Shown here piece by piece: positions 1 through 10,036 of a stretch of DNA of 64,000 nucleotides; the first letter of the stretch is position 1, and every line of letters starts with the position of its first letter. Source of the DNA: an uncultured Chthonomonadaceae bacterium (lineage in GTDB: Bacteria > Armatimonadota > Chthonomonadetes > Chthonomonadales > Chthonomonadaceae); assembly GCA_963835065.1 (NCBI GenBank), contig CAWIEK010000049.1:96001-160000 (forward strand). The letters are read 5' to 3'. The position numbers were made by a program, and so were the translations under genes. A model generated the notes under the pieces. It had not been told where the DNA came from. It did no database searches and saw only the letters and a program-made list of their open reading frames with translations.

Positions 1-737
1 CGCCGACGATGACGTTGTTCTTGCTTTTGTCTCGGGTTCCCGGAAACGGCTGCTGTCCCCATAGATGGCAAACGGAATTCACGCTCCATGTAATATGATG
101 GCTGAGGAACAAGCGCACCATACCCGCCCACAAAAAGGCGTTCCAGCCGAAACACAGGGGCACGAACAGCCCGGCCAGCAGCCAGAAATAGCACGTGCGA
201 TGCACGAAACCGCGCGGCAGGCGTGTCGGCAGACTGGCAGGCTTTGCTGCTTACATGGATGGTATCGCGGAACAGCCAGCCGGTATGCGCGTGAAGCCAT
301 TGATAAATTTTTTCAAAGCGCATGCCCTCAAACCGGCGCGTGTGCGGCGAGTGCAGATCGTTTTCGCTGTCGCTGTGGGAATGGTGGTAGAGATGGTCAT
401 GCGCCCAGACAATCGGGGAACTCATTCCCGCAATCGCGCCTAAAATTAGCAGCGCGTATTGCACGACGGGATGCGCCTTGAACGCCTGATGGGTCAACAT
501 GCGATGGTAGCCTGCTGTGGTTCCGAGGTTTGTGAGGGAAGCGAGGACAAAAGCCAGGAGGGGATAGCCCCATGAAACATGGCCGCGCGTCAAAGCAATG
601 GCCGCATAAAAGGTCAGGCACGGCGGCGCGACAACCGCAAGAAACATTCCGATTTTTTCCAGTCCGGGACGCGACCTTGTTTTCAGCGTTGCACTTGGTA
701 TTTCGTTCCCAACCCTCGGCGTAACATGTAACCCCAT
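1..737 (-). CDS. Acyl-CoA (delta-9-type) fatty acid desaturase; 3' end outside window; +1 frameshift near 207-209
   Basis: Manual translation from ATG 737 gives His boxes YHRMLTH and DHLYHHSHSD..DLHSP. After removing one A at ~208 it continues AGMVRLFLSHHITWSVNSVCHLWG...SKNN. Not in the ORF track because it runs off the window. Confidence 0.85.
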   Translation of the reverse strand, partial: MGLHVTPRVGNEIPSATLKTRSRPGLEKIGMFLAVVAPPCLTFYAAIALTRGHVSWGYPLLAFVLASLTNLGTTAGYHRMLTHQAFKAHPVVQYALLILGAIAGMSSPIVWAHDHLYHHSHSDSENDLHSPHTRRFEGMRFEKIYQWLHAHTGWLFRDTIHVSSKACQSADTPAARFRASHVLFLAAGRAVRAPVFRLERLFVGGYGALVPQPSYYMEREFRLPSMGTAAVSGNPRQKQEQRHRR

Positions 738-927
738 ATTCTCAATGCTCTTTCTGTAAACAGGAAATAACGGCCATCAGTATGGCCGTCAATAGTGAAA
801 AACCAACCTGCGCATAAATGGCAGTAGTTTTATTCCTATAGGTAGAACTATCTGCCGCCAGATGTGGACACAGAGGTTTATACCTTCTTTTGTACGTATT
901 AAGACATATTTCGTCTGCAGCCTTTTT

Positions 928-2250
928 TCATACTCTGCCTTTTCTGACCCACTCTTCCCACCGTTTACCCAGCGTCACGCCCTGCGTTATGAGCGGGTCT
1001 TCCGTTTTGCCGACACGGGCGAGTTTCTGCGCGATCCATTCTTCCAAATCCGCTTCCATTTGCGCGGCTTGTTCGGGGAGCGTTTCCGCCAGATTGATGT
1101 TTTCTGCCGGGTCTGTGGTCAGGTCATAAAGTTCGCGCATCGGCTGTTGGTGATGGTCCGGCTGGCGGGACAGGATAAACTTGGCGTCGTTGGTTCGGCA
1201 GCACCATTTGCTTTGCCAGGTGCTTTCGCAGCAAATTACCTGTTTCCATCCGCCTTGTTCCGTTTGCCCCGTTGCAAGCGGCCATAAATCTTGCCCTTCC
1301 ATTCTCTCCGGCACGGACGCGCCGCAGGCATTGAGAAGCGTGGGCGCTAAGTCTAAATGTTGAACTATCGGCGCAATACTTGTACCCGGCGCGATTTTGC
1401 CCGGAAGCCGCATCAGCAGGGGTACATGAATTGTAGGGTCATACAGCCCGTGATGTTCAAAATAAATGTCATGCTCCGTCAGACTTTCGCCATGATCGCC
1501 CGTTACCACAACCAGCGTATCCTCGCTCAATCCCGTTGCGTCGAGAGTGTGCAGAATCTCGGCAACGCCATCGTCCACATGCCGAATCTCCGCGTCATAA
1601 AGCGAAGATACGTACTCGGCATCCGTAATCGGCCCCAACTTGTCGAACCACAAATCCCCGAACATGCCGTAAATGGGCTGCTTCTTCACAGCCTCGAAAC
1701 TGTGGAATTCGGGCGAAAAGGGGTCGCGTTCGGAAGGATAAAATGTCTGATAGCGCTTGGGCGGCGTGTAGGGCGTGTGTGGTTCCCAATAGTGCAGAAA
1801 CAGGAAGAACTTTTCCCGCGCATGTTCTTTCATCCAGGGAACGGCGCGGGCGTTGATTTCCTCACACGATACGAGCAGGCGCAGTTTATGCCGGAACGAG
1901 GGATTGATATAAAACTCGTACCCCCGCGCCAGCCAGGGCTTGATGTCGTACAAATTGTCCACAGCCGCCGTCGTATACCCGGCATTTTGCAGCAGTTCGG
2001 GCAGCACGGGAATTTTGCGGTCCAAATCCACCTGCCCGCCATGACAAACGATGTTGTGCGTAATCGGATGCAGGCCGGTATACATCGTAGTATGCGCGGG
2101 CGTGGTCGGTATCCCCGGCGCAAAGCAGCGTTCAAAGCGCGCGCCCTGACCGGCAAGCGCGTCCAGTGTCGGACTCGTTGCCTGTGGATAGCCATAGCAT
2201 CCCAACCGCGTTGCCCGCAGCGTGTCAATAACGATAAAGACAATGTTCAT
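928..2250 (-). CDS. Sulfatase-like / alkaline phosphatase superfamily hydrolase
   Basis: Motifs NIVFIVIDTLRA, TTPAHTTMYTG, LHYWEPHTPY, TGDHGE, ELYDLTTDPAE. Confidence 0.85.
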   Translation of the reverse strand: MNIVFIVIDTLRATRLGCYGYPQATSPTLDALAGQGARFERCFAPGIPTTPAHTTMYTGLHPITHNIVCHGGQVDLDRKIPVLPELLQNAGYTTAAVDNLYDIKPWLARGYEFYINPSFRHKLRLLVSCEEINARAVPWMKEHAREKFFLFLHYWEPHTPYTPPKRYQTFYPSERDPFSPEFHSFEAVKKQPIYGMFGDLWFDKLGPITDAEYVSSLYDAEIRHVDDGVAEILHTLDATGLSEDTLVVVTGDHGESLTEHDIYFEHHGLYDPTIHVPLLMRLPGKIAPGTSIAPIVQHLDLAPTLLNACGASVPERMEGQDLWPLATGQTEQGGWKQVICCESTWQSKWCCRTNDAKFILSRQPDHHQQPMRELYDLTTDPAENINLAETLPEQAAQMEADLEEWIAQKLARVGKTEDPLITQGVTLGKRWEEWVRKGRV

Positions 2251-2286
2251 GGGCCGTTATTTCGCAAATCTCTCTGAAAATCCTTT

Positions 2287-2402
2287 GCCTCCTTTGTCTT
2301 GAACCATGATTTTCAGGATTTTCAGGATTAGCATGATTGCGGATTCGCGTTCATCCTGGTAATCCACTAATCCTGAAAATCATGGTTCAAGACAAAGGAG
2401 GC
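2287..2402. repeat. Intergenic element with 34-bp perfect inverted repeats
   Basis: GCCTCCTTTGTCTTGAACCATGATTTTCAGGATT (2287-2320) and its exact reverse complement (2369-2402); internal TTTCAGGAT 9-mer repeat. Confidence 0.95.
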
Positions 2403-2410
2403 CTTGCGCA

Positions 2411-2440
2411 TTGACAATCGCAGACCGTTTGCGCTATCCT
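2411..2440 (+). promoter_or_regulatory. Putative sigma70 promoter
   Basis: TTGACA-N18-TATCCT upstream of the amidohydrolase pair. Confidence 0.5.
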
Positions 2441-2755
2441 TAACTCAACGTTAATTATGGCTGGAACATCGCCGCGCATATTCCTGCCCGCCGAGTTCCC
2501 TCACCATCAACCCATCTTCCCCAACGCTGCCGTTCGGAAGTACCTGCGAGTATGCGCCAACTACTCGTTGCCTGCGTTTCCATCAGTGTTTACTTCAGCA
2601 ACCTCGCCGTTGCGCTTTTGTCTTCATCCCTGTTTACCGTTTATGCCATCGTTCAGGAATCGGTATTTGTCGCAAGAATTGTTCTTGTCACAAAGATTGT
2701 TCTTGTAGTAGGAAGCGTTTCCATCACGGGACACCGCTTCGGGAGGTTACATCCA

Positions 2756-4573
2756 TTGAATAGACACGTTCTCGTCTTGCCGGGCCTGCTTTGCCTGCTG
2801 TCCGGCATGACCCTGTCCACAGCGCGGGCGCAGGCTCCATTCTCTTCGGTCAACAGCGTGTACGCGGTTGTCGGGGCGCGTATCGAAGTCGGCAACGGCA
2901 AAGTGATTGAAAAAGGAACCGTGCTTGTCCGTGACGGCATGATTGAGGCCGTCGGCGTGGACGTAAAAGTTCCGCCGGAAGCCGAAATCATCAAGGGCGA
3001 CGGCCTGACCGTGTACCCCGGCTTCATTGACGCCCATTCCACGCGCGGTCTCACTCTGCCTGACGCCCAGCCGACGCAGGACGTTGCGCCCGACATCAGC
3101 GCGGGCGCTCCCCCGTTCATGCGCGAAGCCAACCGCAAGGGAATTCGCCCCGAACTTCGCGCCGGGGATTACCTGACGCTGACGGACGAAATGATTCGCC
3201 CCGCCCGCGCCAGTGGCTTCACAACGGAAATGATTATGCCCACCGGGGGAACCATCAACGGCATGGGGACTCTGGTGAACTTGACGGGAATGCCGCGCCG
3301 TGACAGCATCGTGCGCCCGGATGTGGCGATGAACTTCACCTTCCGCACAACCGGAAGCGGCTACCCCGGCAGTCTGATGGGAATTCAGGCATTGACCCGG
3401 CAGACCCTCCTTGACGCGCAGTATTTCCAGATGGTGCAGACGGCGTTCACGCATGGCGGCAGCCACCGCCCGCCCGCCGACGAATCCCTGTCCGCACTCA
3501 TGCCCGTGCTGAACGGCTCGATGCCCGTTTTGTTTGATGCCGACAGCGAAAACGAAATCCGCCGCGCGATTCGCATGGCCGATGAGTTCAACTTGAAACT
3601 GATGCTGAGTGGCGGAACCGAAGCGTACAAAGCCCTGCCCGTCCTCTCGCAGCGCAAAATTCCCGTGATTGTCAGCCTCGACTTCGGGCAGGAACCGGGC
3701 GTCACCGCTCCTGCCGGTCAGGGCGGCGCACCCGGCGGCTTTGGCGCGGGCGGCGTTGGCGGACGTCCCGGCGGCTTCGGCAACCGACAGGGACGCGGCA
3801 ACCGCCAGCCCGGAGGCACTCCCGGCGCACCCGGTACTCCCGGCGTTCCCGGCGCGAATCCTCCTGCCGGTACTCCCCCCACAGCGCCCCCGCCTGCCGA
3901 TCCGCCCGCCGCGCAGCCCGCCGCCGTTCCCAATCCCGCCGCGCCCGCAACAACCGGGCAGGCGGAACCGAACAAGCCGGCCACCAACGAAAAACCCGGT
4001 CAGGATCAGGGCAAACCCGTGCCGCCCAAGCCGGACAAAGAAGACGCCGTGCCGCCGAACGCGAACCCCAATCAGGCCAACCGGCCCGTAGACCCCAACG
4101 CGCCGCCGAGCAGCACGGTCAACACCAGTAACACGGATGCTGAAGACACCGCCCTGCCGCCGCCCGTGCTGAAAGAGCGGCATCTCAAGTGGGAAGAAAA
4201 AGTCGCCAACGTCGGCATGTTGAGCAAAGCGGGTGTTCCCTTCGCGTTCACCACGAAAGGCAACCGCAGCCAGGCCGAATTCCTGACTAACCTGCGCCGC
4301 GCCATCACTGCGGGACTGCCCCGCGAAGCCGCCCTCCGCGCCCTCACCCTTGACGCCGCCCGACTGCTCGGCGTGGACAAGCAAATGGGAACGGTGGAAG
4401 TGGGCAAAGTGGCGGCGCTTGTCGTCATGTCCGGCGACTTCGTTCAGCCGACAACGCGGGTTCGCTACCTGTTCATAGACAAGAACAAATTCGAGCCGGA
4501 TCGCGATACCGGCCCGCTGCCCGCTCTGCCGCAGCGCCGCCGTCCCGCTGATGACAATGACGATAACGATTAA
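2756..4573 (+). CDS. Secreted amidohydrolase-family protein with degenerate metal site and a Pro/Gly-rich insertion
   Basis: TTG start after GGGAGG, signal-peptide-like N-terminus, YPGFIDAHS, GTVEVGKVAALVV. Confidence 0.8.
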   Translation: MNRHVLVLPGLLCLLSGMTLSTARAQAPFSSVNSVYAVVGARIEVGNGKVIEKGTVLVRDGMIEAVGVDVKVPPEAEIIKGDGLTVYPGFIDAHSTRGLTLPDAQPTQDVAPDISAGAPPFMREANRKGIRPELRAGDYLTLTDEMIRPARASGFTTEMIMPTGGTINGMGTLVNLTGMPRRDSIVRPDVAMNFTFRTTGSGYPGSLMGIQALTRQTLLDAQYFQMVQTAFTHGGSHRPPADESLSALMPVLNGSMPVLFDADSENEIRRAIRMADEFNLKLMLSGGTEAYKALPVLSQRKIPVIVSLDFGQEPGVTAPAGQGGAPGGFGAGGVGGRPGGFGNRQGRGNRQPGGTPGAPGTPGVPGANPPAGTPPTAPPPADPPAAQPAAVPNPAAPATTGQAEPNKPATNEKPGQDQGKPVPPKPDKEDAVPPNANPNQANRPVDPNAPPSSTVNTSNTDAEDTALPPPVLKERHLKWEEKVANVGMLSKAGVPFAFTTKGNRSQAEFLTNLRRAITAGLPREAALRALTLDAARLLGVDKQMGTVEVGKVAALVVMSGDFVQPTTRVRYLFIDKNKFEPDRDTGPLPALPQRRRPADDNDDND

Positions 4574-4613
4574 ACAAATTCTTCCTCTGTTGGTTTTCAG
4601 AAAGGAAAGATGA

Positions 4614-7412
4614 GTGAAAAACTCACGCTGGACACTGCCGCTCGGCTGCGCCCTTTTAACCGCGCAGCTCGGAGCGCAAACGCCCCAAACGCCCAATCAG
4701 GCTCCAAGAACACGCCCTGCCACCGCGCCCGGAACCCCGGCAGCGCGGCCACAGGGCAACGCAACCCTCAACCCTCAACCCTCAACCCCCAACTCGCCCG
4801 CCCTTGTGCAGACGATACTCGAACTGGACGCGGATCGAACACCATCCACCGTCACCAAGGGCAGCTGCCTGATTAAAAACGGGACGCTGCTGACGGTCAC
4901 GCACGGCAACATGCCCGGTACGGACATTCTGATTCAAAACGGCAAAATCGCGGCTATCGGCAAGAACCTGACCGCGCCTGCGGGCGTTGTGGTCATTGAC
5001 GCAACGGGCAAATGCGTGTCGCCGGGATTGATTGACGCCCACTCGCATATCGCGCTGGACTCCGTGAACGAGGGCAGCGATGCGATTACCGCCGAAGTGC
5101 GGATGCACGATGTCATTAATCCGCAGAGCATGTCCATCTATCGCGGCCTGTCGAATGGCGTCACGAGTTCGCTTCTGCTGCATGGCAGCGCCAACCCCAT
5201 CGGCGGGCAAAGCGTGGTCGTGAAGATGAAGTACAAGCGGCCTGTCGAGGAACTGATTGTGCCGGACGCGCCGCGCATGATCAAGTTCGCATTGGGTGAA
5301 AACGTCAAGCAGTCCAACGGCGGCGGCTTCAATCAGGGGCCGTCGCGGTTTCCCGGCACGCGCATGGGCGTCGAAGCCGTATACCGCCGCGCCTTTGCCG
5401 AAGCCGGGAAGTACAACGGATTGTGGAACAAGTACAATGCGGAAAAGAGCGGCAACCCCAACGCCCTGCCGCCCCGCCGCGACCTGCGGCTGGAAACCCT
5501 TGCCGACATTCTCAACGGCAAAATATGGGTGCAGTGCCACTCATATCGCGCCGACGAGATGCTGATGATGGTGCGACTAAGTCAGGAGTACCACTTCAAG
5601 CTGGTCTTTCAGCACGGTTTGGAAGCGTACAAAATCGCGCCCGAAATCGCCGCTGCGGGTGTGCAGGTATCCACGTTCGCGGATGCGTGGGCGTATAAGG
5701 AGGAAGCGTTCGACGCCATTCCCTACAACGCCGCGCTTTGCACCAAAGCGGGTATCGTCACCAGCGTCAACTCGGACAACACGGCGGGCACGTATCGCCT
5801 TAACATCGAAGCCGCCAACAGCATGAAGTACGGTGGCCTGACCGAAAACGAAGCCATCCGCCTTGTCACTCTCAACCCCGCGATGCAATTGGGCATTGAC
5901 AAGCGGGCGGGCAGTCTGGACGTGGGCAAGGACGGCGACATCACGATTTGGGACGGCCATCCCCTGAGCGTGTACTCCAAAGCCCGCATGACACTGGTGG
6001 AAGGCGAAGTTTTTTATCAGCGCAAAGACCCGTTCAGCATGGACAAGCAGGCGAACGCCAAAACCACGCTGGACGTTCATACCATCGAGCCGACCGTGCC
6101 GGCTGTGCCGCCCGTTCGCCGCGCCTATGCCATTGTGGGCGCGACGGTGCATCCCGTCTCCTCGCCGGACATTCTCAACGGCATGGTTGTGATTGAAGAC
6201 GGCAAAATCAAGGCGGTCGGCAAGAGCGTGGCGATTCCGTCCGGCGCGTATGTGGTTCACGCCAAGGGGATGCACGTGTATCCCGGCCTGATAGACGCGG
6301 GTTCCGAAGTGGGCTTGCAGGAAATCGAAAGCATCCGCGCGACCATTGACACATCCGAAAGCGGCGAATTCCAGCCCGACCTGCTGGCGGCAACCGCCGT
6401 CAACCCCGGCAGCGAGCATCTCGCCATTTCGCGGGGCAACGGCATTACGAGCGCGGCAGTGCGCCCGTCCGGCGGCACGATTGCCGGGCAGATCGGCATT
6501 ATTGACCTGGCAGGCTGGACCCCCGAACTGATGCGGGTGAAAAGCCCGGTGGCGCTGCAAATCAACTTCCCCGAAACGCAGCGCAATTCCCGCTTCGCCG
6601 CCTTCCTGACACCCGAACAGATGCAGCAGATACAGCAGCGGGACAGTGGCCGCGCCCGCTTATTGCGCGACTACTTCGACCATGCCAAACTCTACGCAAC
6701 CGCGCGTAAGCAGAACCCGACCGCCACGATGATCGAACCGTCGCTGGAAGCCATGACGCCCTATGTGATGGGCAAAGCGCCGATTATCTTCACGGTTTCC
6801 ACCGCGCAGGGGGCCAGGCGGGCAATCCAGTTTGCGGAAGATTTGGGGCTGAAAGCCATTCTTTCGGGTGGCCCGGACGTGTGGAAAGTGGCCGATCTGC
6901 TGGCAAAGAAGAAAGTGCCGTACATCTACAACATCCCCATCAATAACAGCATCAACGACATGCCCCCTGCCAACGATTACGACCCGACGGATACCCCGTG
7001 GACGGCTCCCGCCGTCTTGCAGCGGGCGGGCGTCAAGCTGTCGTTCGAGACCCTGAGCGCAGCCGAAGCCAAAAACTTGCCGCGTCAGGTGGGCATCATG
7101 TGCGCGTATGGCCTGCCCCGCGAAGCCGCCATCCGCGCCCTGACGCTGGACGCAGCCGAAACGCTGGGCGTCGCCGACAGCATGGGCAGTCTGGACGCGG
7201 GCAAACTGGCAAACATCATGATCACGGACGGCGACCCGCTGGAAGTGACCACCTGCGTCCACAACCTGTTCATCGCCGGCAAGCCGATCCTGCTGGAAAG
7301 CAAGCACACGCGCCTGTACGAACTCTACATGCAGCGTTTAGGCGAAACGTCCTCCCCCTCCCTCGCCCAAAAAACCAAAAAGCAGCCCTCCTCCGTCGGA
7401 GCCAGCCAGTAA
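4614..7412 (+). CDS. Secreted double-domain amidohydrolase-family protein
   Basis: Domain 1: SPGLIDAHSH, KFALGENVK, QCHSYR, FQHGLE, NSD. Domain 2: YPGLIDAGS, GSLDAGKLAN. Confidence 0.85.
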   Translation: MKNSRWTLPLGCALLTAQLGAQTPQTPNQAPRTRPATAPGTPAARPQGNATLNPQPSTPNSPALVQTILELDADRTPSTVTKGSCLIKNGTLLTVTHGNMPGTDILIQNGKIAAIGKNLTAPAGVVVIDATGKCVSPGLIDAHSHIALDSVNEGSDAITAEVRMHDVINPQSMSIYRGLSNGVTSSLLLHGSANPIGGQSVVVKMKYKRPVEELIVPDAPRMIKFALGENVKQSNGGGFNQGPSRFPGTRMGVEAVYRRAFAEAGKYNGLWNKYNAEKSGNPNALPPRRDLRLETLADILNGKIWVQCHSYRADEMLMMVRLSQEYHFKLVFQHGLEAYKIAPEIAAAGVQVSTFADAWAYKEEAFDAIPYNAALCTKAGIVTSVNSDNTAGTYRLNIEAANSMKYGGLTENEAIRLVTLNPAMQLGIDKRAGSLDVGKDGDITIWDGHPLSVYSKARMTLVEGEVFYQRKDPFSMDKQANAKTTLDVHTIEPTVPAVPPVRRAYAIVGATVHPVSSPDILNGMVVIEDGKIKAVGKSVAIPSGAYVVHAKGMHVYPGLIDAGSEVGLQEIESIRATIDTSESGEFQPDLLAATAVNPGSEHLAISRGNGITSAAVRPSGGTIAGQIGIIDLAGWTPELMRVKSPVALQINFPETQRNSRFAAFLTPEQMQQIQQRDSGRARLLRDYFDHAKLYATARKQNPTATMIEPSLEAMTPYVMGKAPIIFTVSTAQGARRAIQFAEDLGLKAILSGGPDVWKVADLLAKKKVPYIYNIPINNSINDMPPANDYDPTDTPWTAPAVLQRAGVKLSFETLSAAEAKNLPRQVGIMCAYGLPREAAIRALTLDAAETLGVADSMGSLDAGKLANIMITDGDPLEVTTCVHNLFIAGKPILLESKHTRLYELYMQRLGETSSPSLAQKTKKQPSSVGASQ

Positions 7413-7579
7413 GCGAAAACATGCGGGTCAACTGTTGTCGTGAGAACAGTTGGCACGCTGTGATATGCTGTTTGGATTTATCAGTCTCAAACCTAACGCA
7501 TGAAGATGATTTGCTGCTGTAGAGCGGCTTTCAAATACGAAACCTACAGAGTTTGTGAGTATTGGAGGATTTAGGAAAC

Positions 7580-8978
7580 GTGAAGAAGTTCGACCTCAAT
7601 ATGGAAAGCGTTTTGGAAGATTGGGAAGTTTTTCATGCACTTAGGGAAATTATTGCCAATGCGATAGACGAACAGGTGTTGACACGGACAGAGAATATTC
7701 GTATCTATAAGGACGAGCAGAATAAATGGCACATCCGAGATTTTGGTCGGGGGTTACGATACGAACACTTGACGCAAAATGAGAATCAGGAAAAACTCAA
7801 GCAGTCTAACCTCGTCATCGGTAAATTCGGCGTGGGTCTCAAGGACGCAATGGCTGTATTGAACCGTCATAACATAGGCGTTTTAATACAATCCCAGTAT
7901 GGCGACATAACGCTCGAAAGTTCCTCCAAACATGGTTTTGAGGACATAGTTACTCTACACGCTGTTATCGTCACCCCTTCTGATGCTCAGATTATCGGCA
8001 CGGAGTTTATCCTTGAAGGGGTCAAGGACAGTGACATTGAATATGCCAAAGAATTCTTTTTGTTGTTCTCAGACGAACAGTTATTAGAGAAAACTTCCTA
8101 TGGGCAAGTTCTACAGAAAGGTAATGACTATGCTCACATTTACATTAATGGTGTGCGGGTCGCCCAAGAGGACAATTTTCTCTTTTCCTACAACCTTACT
8201 TCGTTAACACAAACAATGCGCAAGGCACTCAACCGAGAGAGAACCCATGTAGGCAGAACCGCTTACACGGATCGTGTGAAAGCCATTTTGCTGGAGTGCA
8301 AGAGCAAGGCAGTAGCAGAACTATTGGCTATCGAACCTGAGCAAATATGAAACCGGGCAATGTCATGATGAATTAAACTGGATTGATGTTGCGGTTCATG
8401 CTTGCAAATTGCTAAATGCGACAGGCAAGGTCATCTTTCTCACATCAAGAGAACTTATCAATGCAAAGAATATGGTTGATCAAGCGGCTAATGAAGGTTT
8501 GAAAATTGTTATTGTTCCTGAGAATGTTAAACTGAAACTCCGAGGCTTAATAGACGTAAAAGGCAGTCCTGTACGGGATTTGGCCGAATTTATGGATGAG
8601 TGGAACAACAGTTTCGAATTCTCATTTGTCCCTGAAGACGCATTGACGGAAAGCGAAAAGGCAGTCTATTCCAAAACTGATAGTATACTCCAACTCGTGG
8701 GAGGCAAGCCAAGCAACGTAAAAGTAATATTGATTTCGGAAACAATGCGTGTAGACGTAGGGAGGTATCAAGAAGCGCTTGGAGTGTGGGAAGAAACCAG
8801 TCGGCGGGTAATTATCAAACGTTCTGAATTGCGAAGTCTCGAAGACTATGCAGCAGTGCTGCTTCATGAGATAGCCCATGCTATTAGTGGTGCATCTGAT
8901 GTCAGCAGAGAGTTTGAGCATCAGCTAACCATACTGTTAGGTAAGGTTGCTTCCAATGTGCTTCTTGGTGGTATCTGA
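7580..8978 (+). CDS. GHKL (HATPase_c) ATPase fused to a C-terminal HEXXH metallopeptidase-like domain; split by +1 frameshift near 8334
   Basis: ALREIIANAIDE (N box), IRDFGRG (G1), IGKFGVGLK (G2), GTEF; C-terminal LLHEIAHA. Removing one A in ATCGAACCTG joins ORFs 7562-8350 and 8409-8978 (..AIDLSKYETGQCHDELNWIDVAVHACKLLN..). Visibly AT-rich. Confidence 0.8.
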
Positions 8979-9034
8979 TGTATAATGAAGTAGGGCGAAG
9001 TCTTGCGCACTATTGCTTTCAGGAGACGAAAACC

Positions 9035-9250
9035 ATGGGTAACGCCTTTTCTGTAGAGCCAACAGATGAAGAAACCGCAAAAGTAGAGTTGGAATTGCAC
9101 TCCCTGTTTGCCGCAATGGATCGCATAGACGAACGGATTGCCAAAAACCAGCAGGAAACAGACCGCTTGAAAGCCAAAACAAAGACGAAACTCGCCCAAT
9201 TGAGGACACTCACTAACTACACTACTACTCACGCCGACGCGCCCGTATAG
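9035..9250 (+). CDS. Small coiled-coil hypothetical protein
   Basis: AGGAG RBS at 9021, ATG 9035; heptad-like MDRIDERIAKNQQETDRLKAKTK. Confidence 0.55.
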   Translation: MGNAFSVEPTDEETAKVELELHSLFAAMDRIDERIAKNQQETDRLKAKTKTKLAQLRTLTNYTTTHADAPV

Positions 9251-10014
9251 TGTTTGAGGCCAAAGCGCCAGAAGGCCGAGGCCAGCAGCACGGCGGCAGC
9301 GGAAATACCGACAGCGGCTAAGGCCGAAGACGTTCCCAGTTGCCCGGTGAACTCCTGCGCCGGAATGGTAATGATGAACGTGACGGGAATCACATACGTC
9401 AGCGCCCCGCGCAGCCATGCCGGGTAAATGTCAATCGGATAGCGCCCCGCCTCGAACGCCTGCCAGACGATCTGTTCGATGTTATCAATCTTCACGAACC
9501 AGAACGTCAGCGTGACCAGACACAGCCAGAACGCATACATGATGCCCGCGCCCGCAATCAGCGTCACGCCAAACGCAAGCCCCTGTCCTATCCCCACCGT
9601 CAGCGACAGTTTGCCCACCGTATACAGGCACAAGCCCATGCCGACCAGCACATTCGCCATTTGCCACACGTTGATGGTGCGAAACGAGGCGAGAAACTGC
9701 GAGGGAACCGGCTTCAGCAGCACAAAATCCAGCGTCCCATCCCGCACCTGCCCCATGACATTGCGCATGTTGGGCGCGACGACCATTTCAATCAGGCCGT
9801 TCATCAGATAGTACACGGCGATCAGCACCATCACCTGCGGAAACGTCCAGCCCTTGATGTTGCTCGTGTAGTTGAACGCGAGGCTCAGGCCACCAACAGT
9901 GGTAATCAGGCCAAGCAGACTGGCGATAATGCGCGTAAAGAAGTCCGCCCGGTACTCCATATCCGTTTGTACGCTGGTTCGGAAAAAGACCGCAAGCAAT
10001 TTGGCGTAGCGCAT
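9229..10014 (-). CDS. ABC-2 type permease (DUF990 family)
   Basis: MEYRADF, GTLDFVLLKP, GRYPIDIY, C-terminal GLKHYTGASA; multiple TM segments. Confidence 0.85.
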   Translation of the reverse strand: MRYAKLLAVFFRTSVQTDMEYRADFFTRIIASLLGLITTVGGLSLAFNYTSNIKGWTFPQVMVLIAVYYLMNGLIEMVVAPNMRNVMGQVRDGTLDFVLLKPVPSQFLASFRTINVWQMANVLVGMGLCLYTVGKLSLTVGIGQGLAFGVTLIAGAGIMYAFWLCLVTLTFWFVKIDNIEQIVWQAFEAGRYPIDIYPAWLRGALTYVIPVTFIITIPAQEFTGQLGTSSALAAVGISAAAVLLASAFWRFGLKHYTGASA

Positions 10015-10036
10015 AAAAAGCCTCTTCTGAACCTAC

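Noticed and set aside
2552..2755. N-terminal extension of amidohydrolase 1 given in the ORF track
   Set aside because: The GGGAGG RBS and signal peptide fit TTG 2756 better.
2747..4696. 649-aa minus-strand ORF and other long antisense ORFs (e.g. 1357-2277, 19268-20473, 26808-27854)
   Set aside because: Shadow frames of well-supported GC-rich genes on the opposite strand, with no recognisable motifs.
8330..8350. Programmed ribosomal frameshift in the GHKL gene
   Set aside because: No slippery heptamer or stimulatory structure; it matches the window-wide +1 indel pattern.
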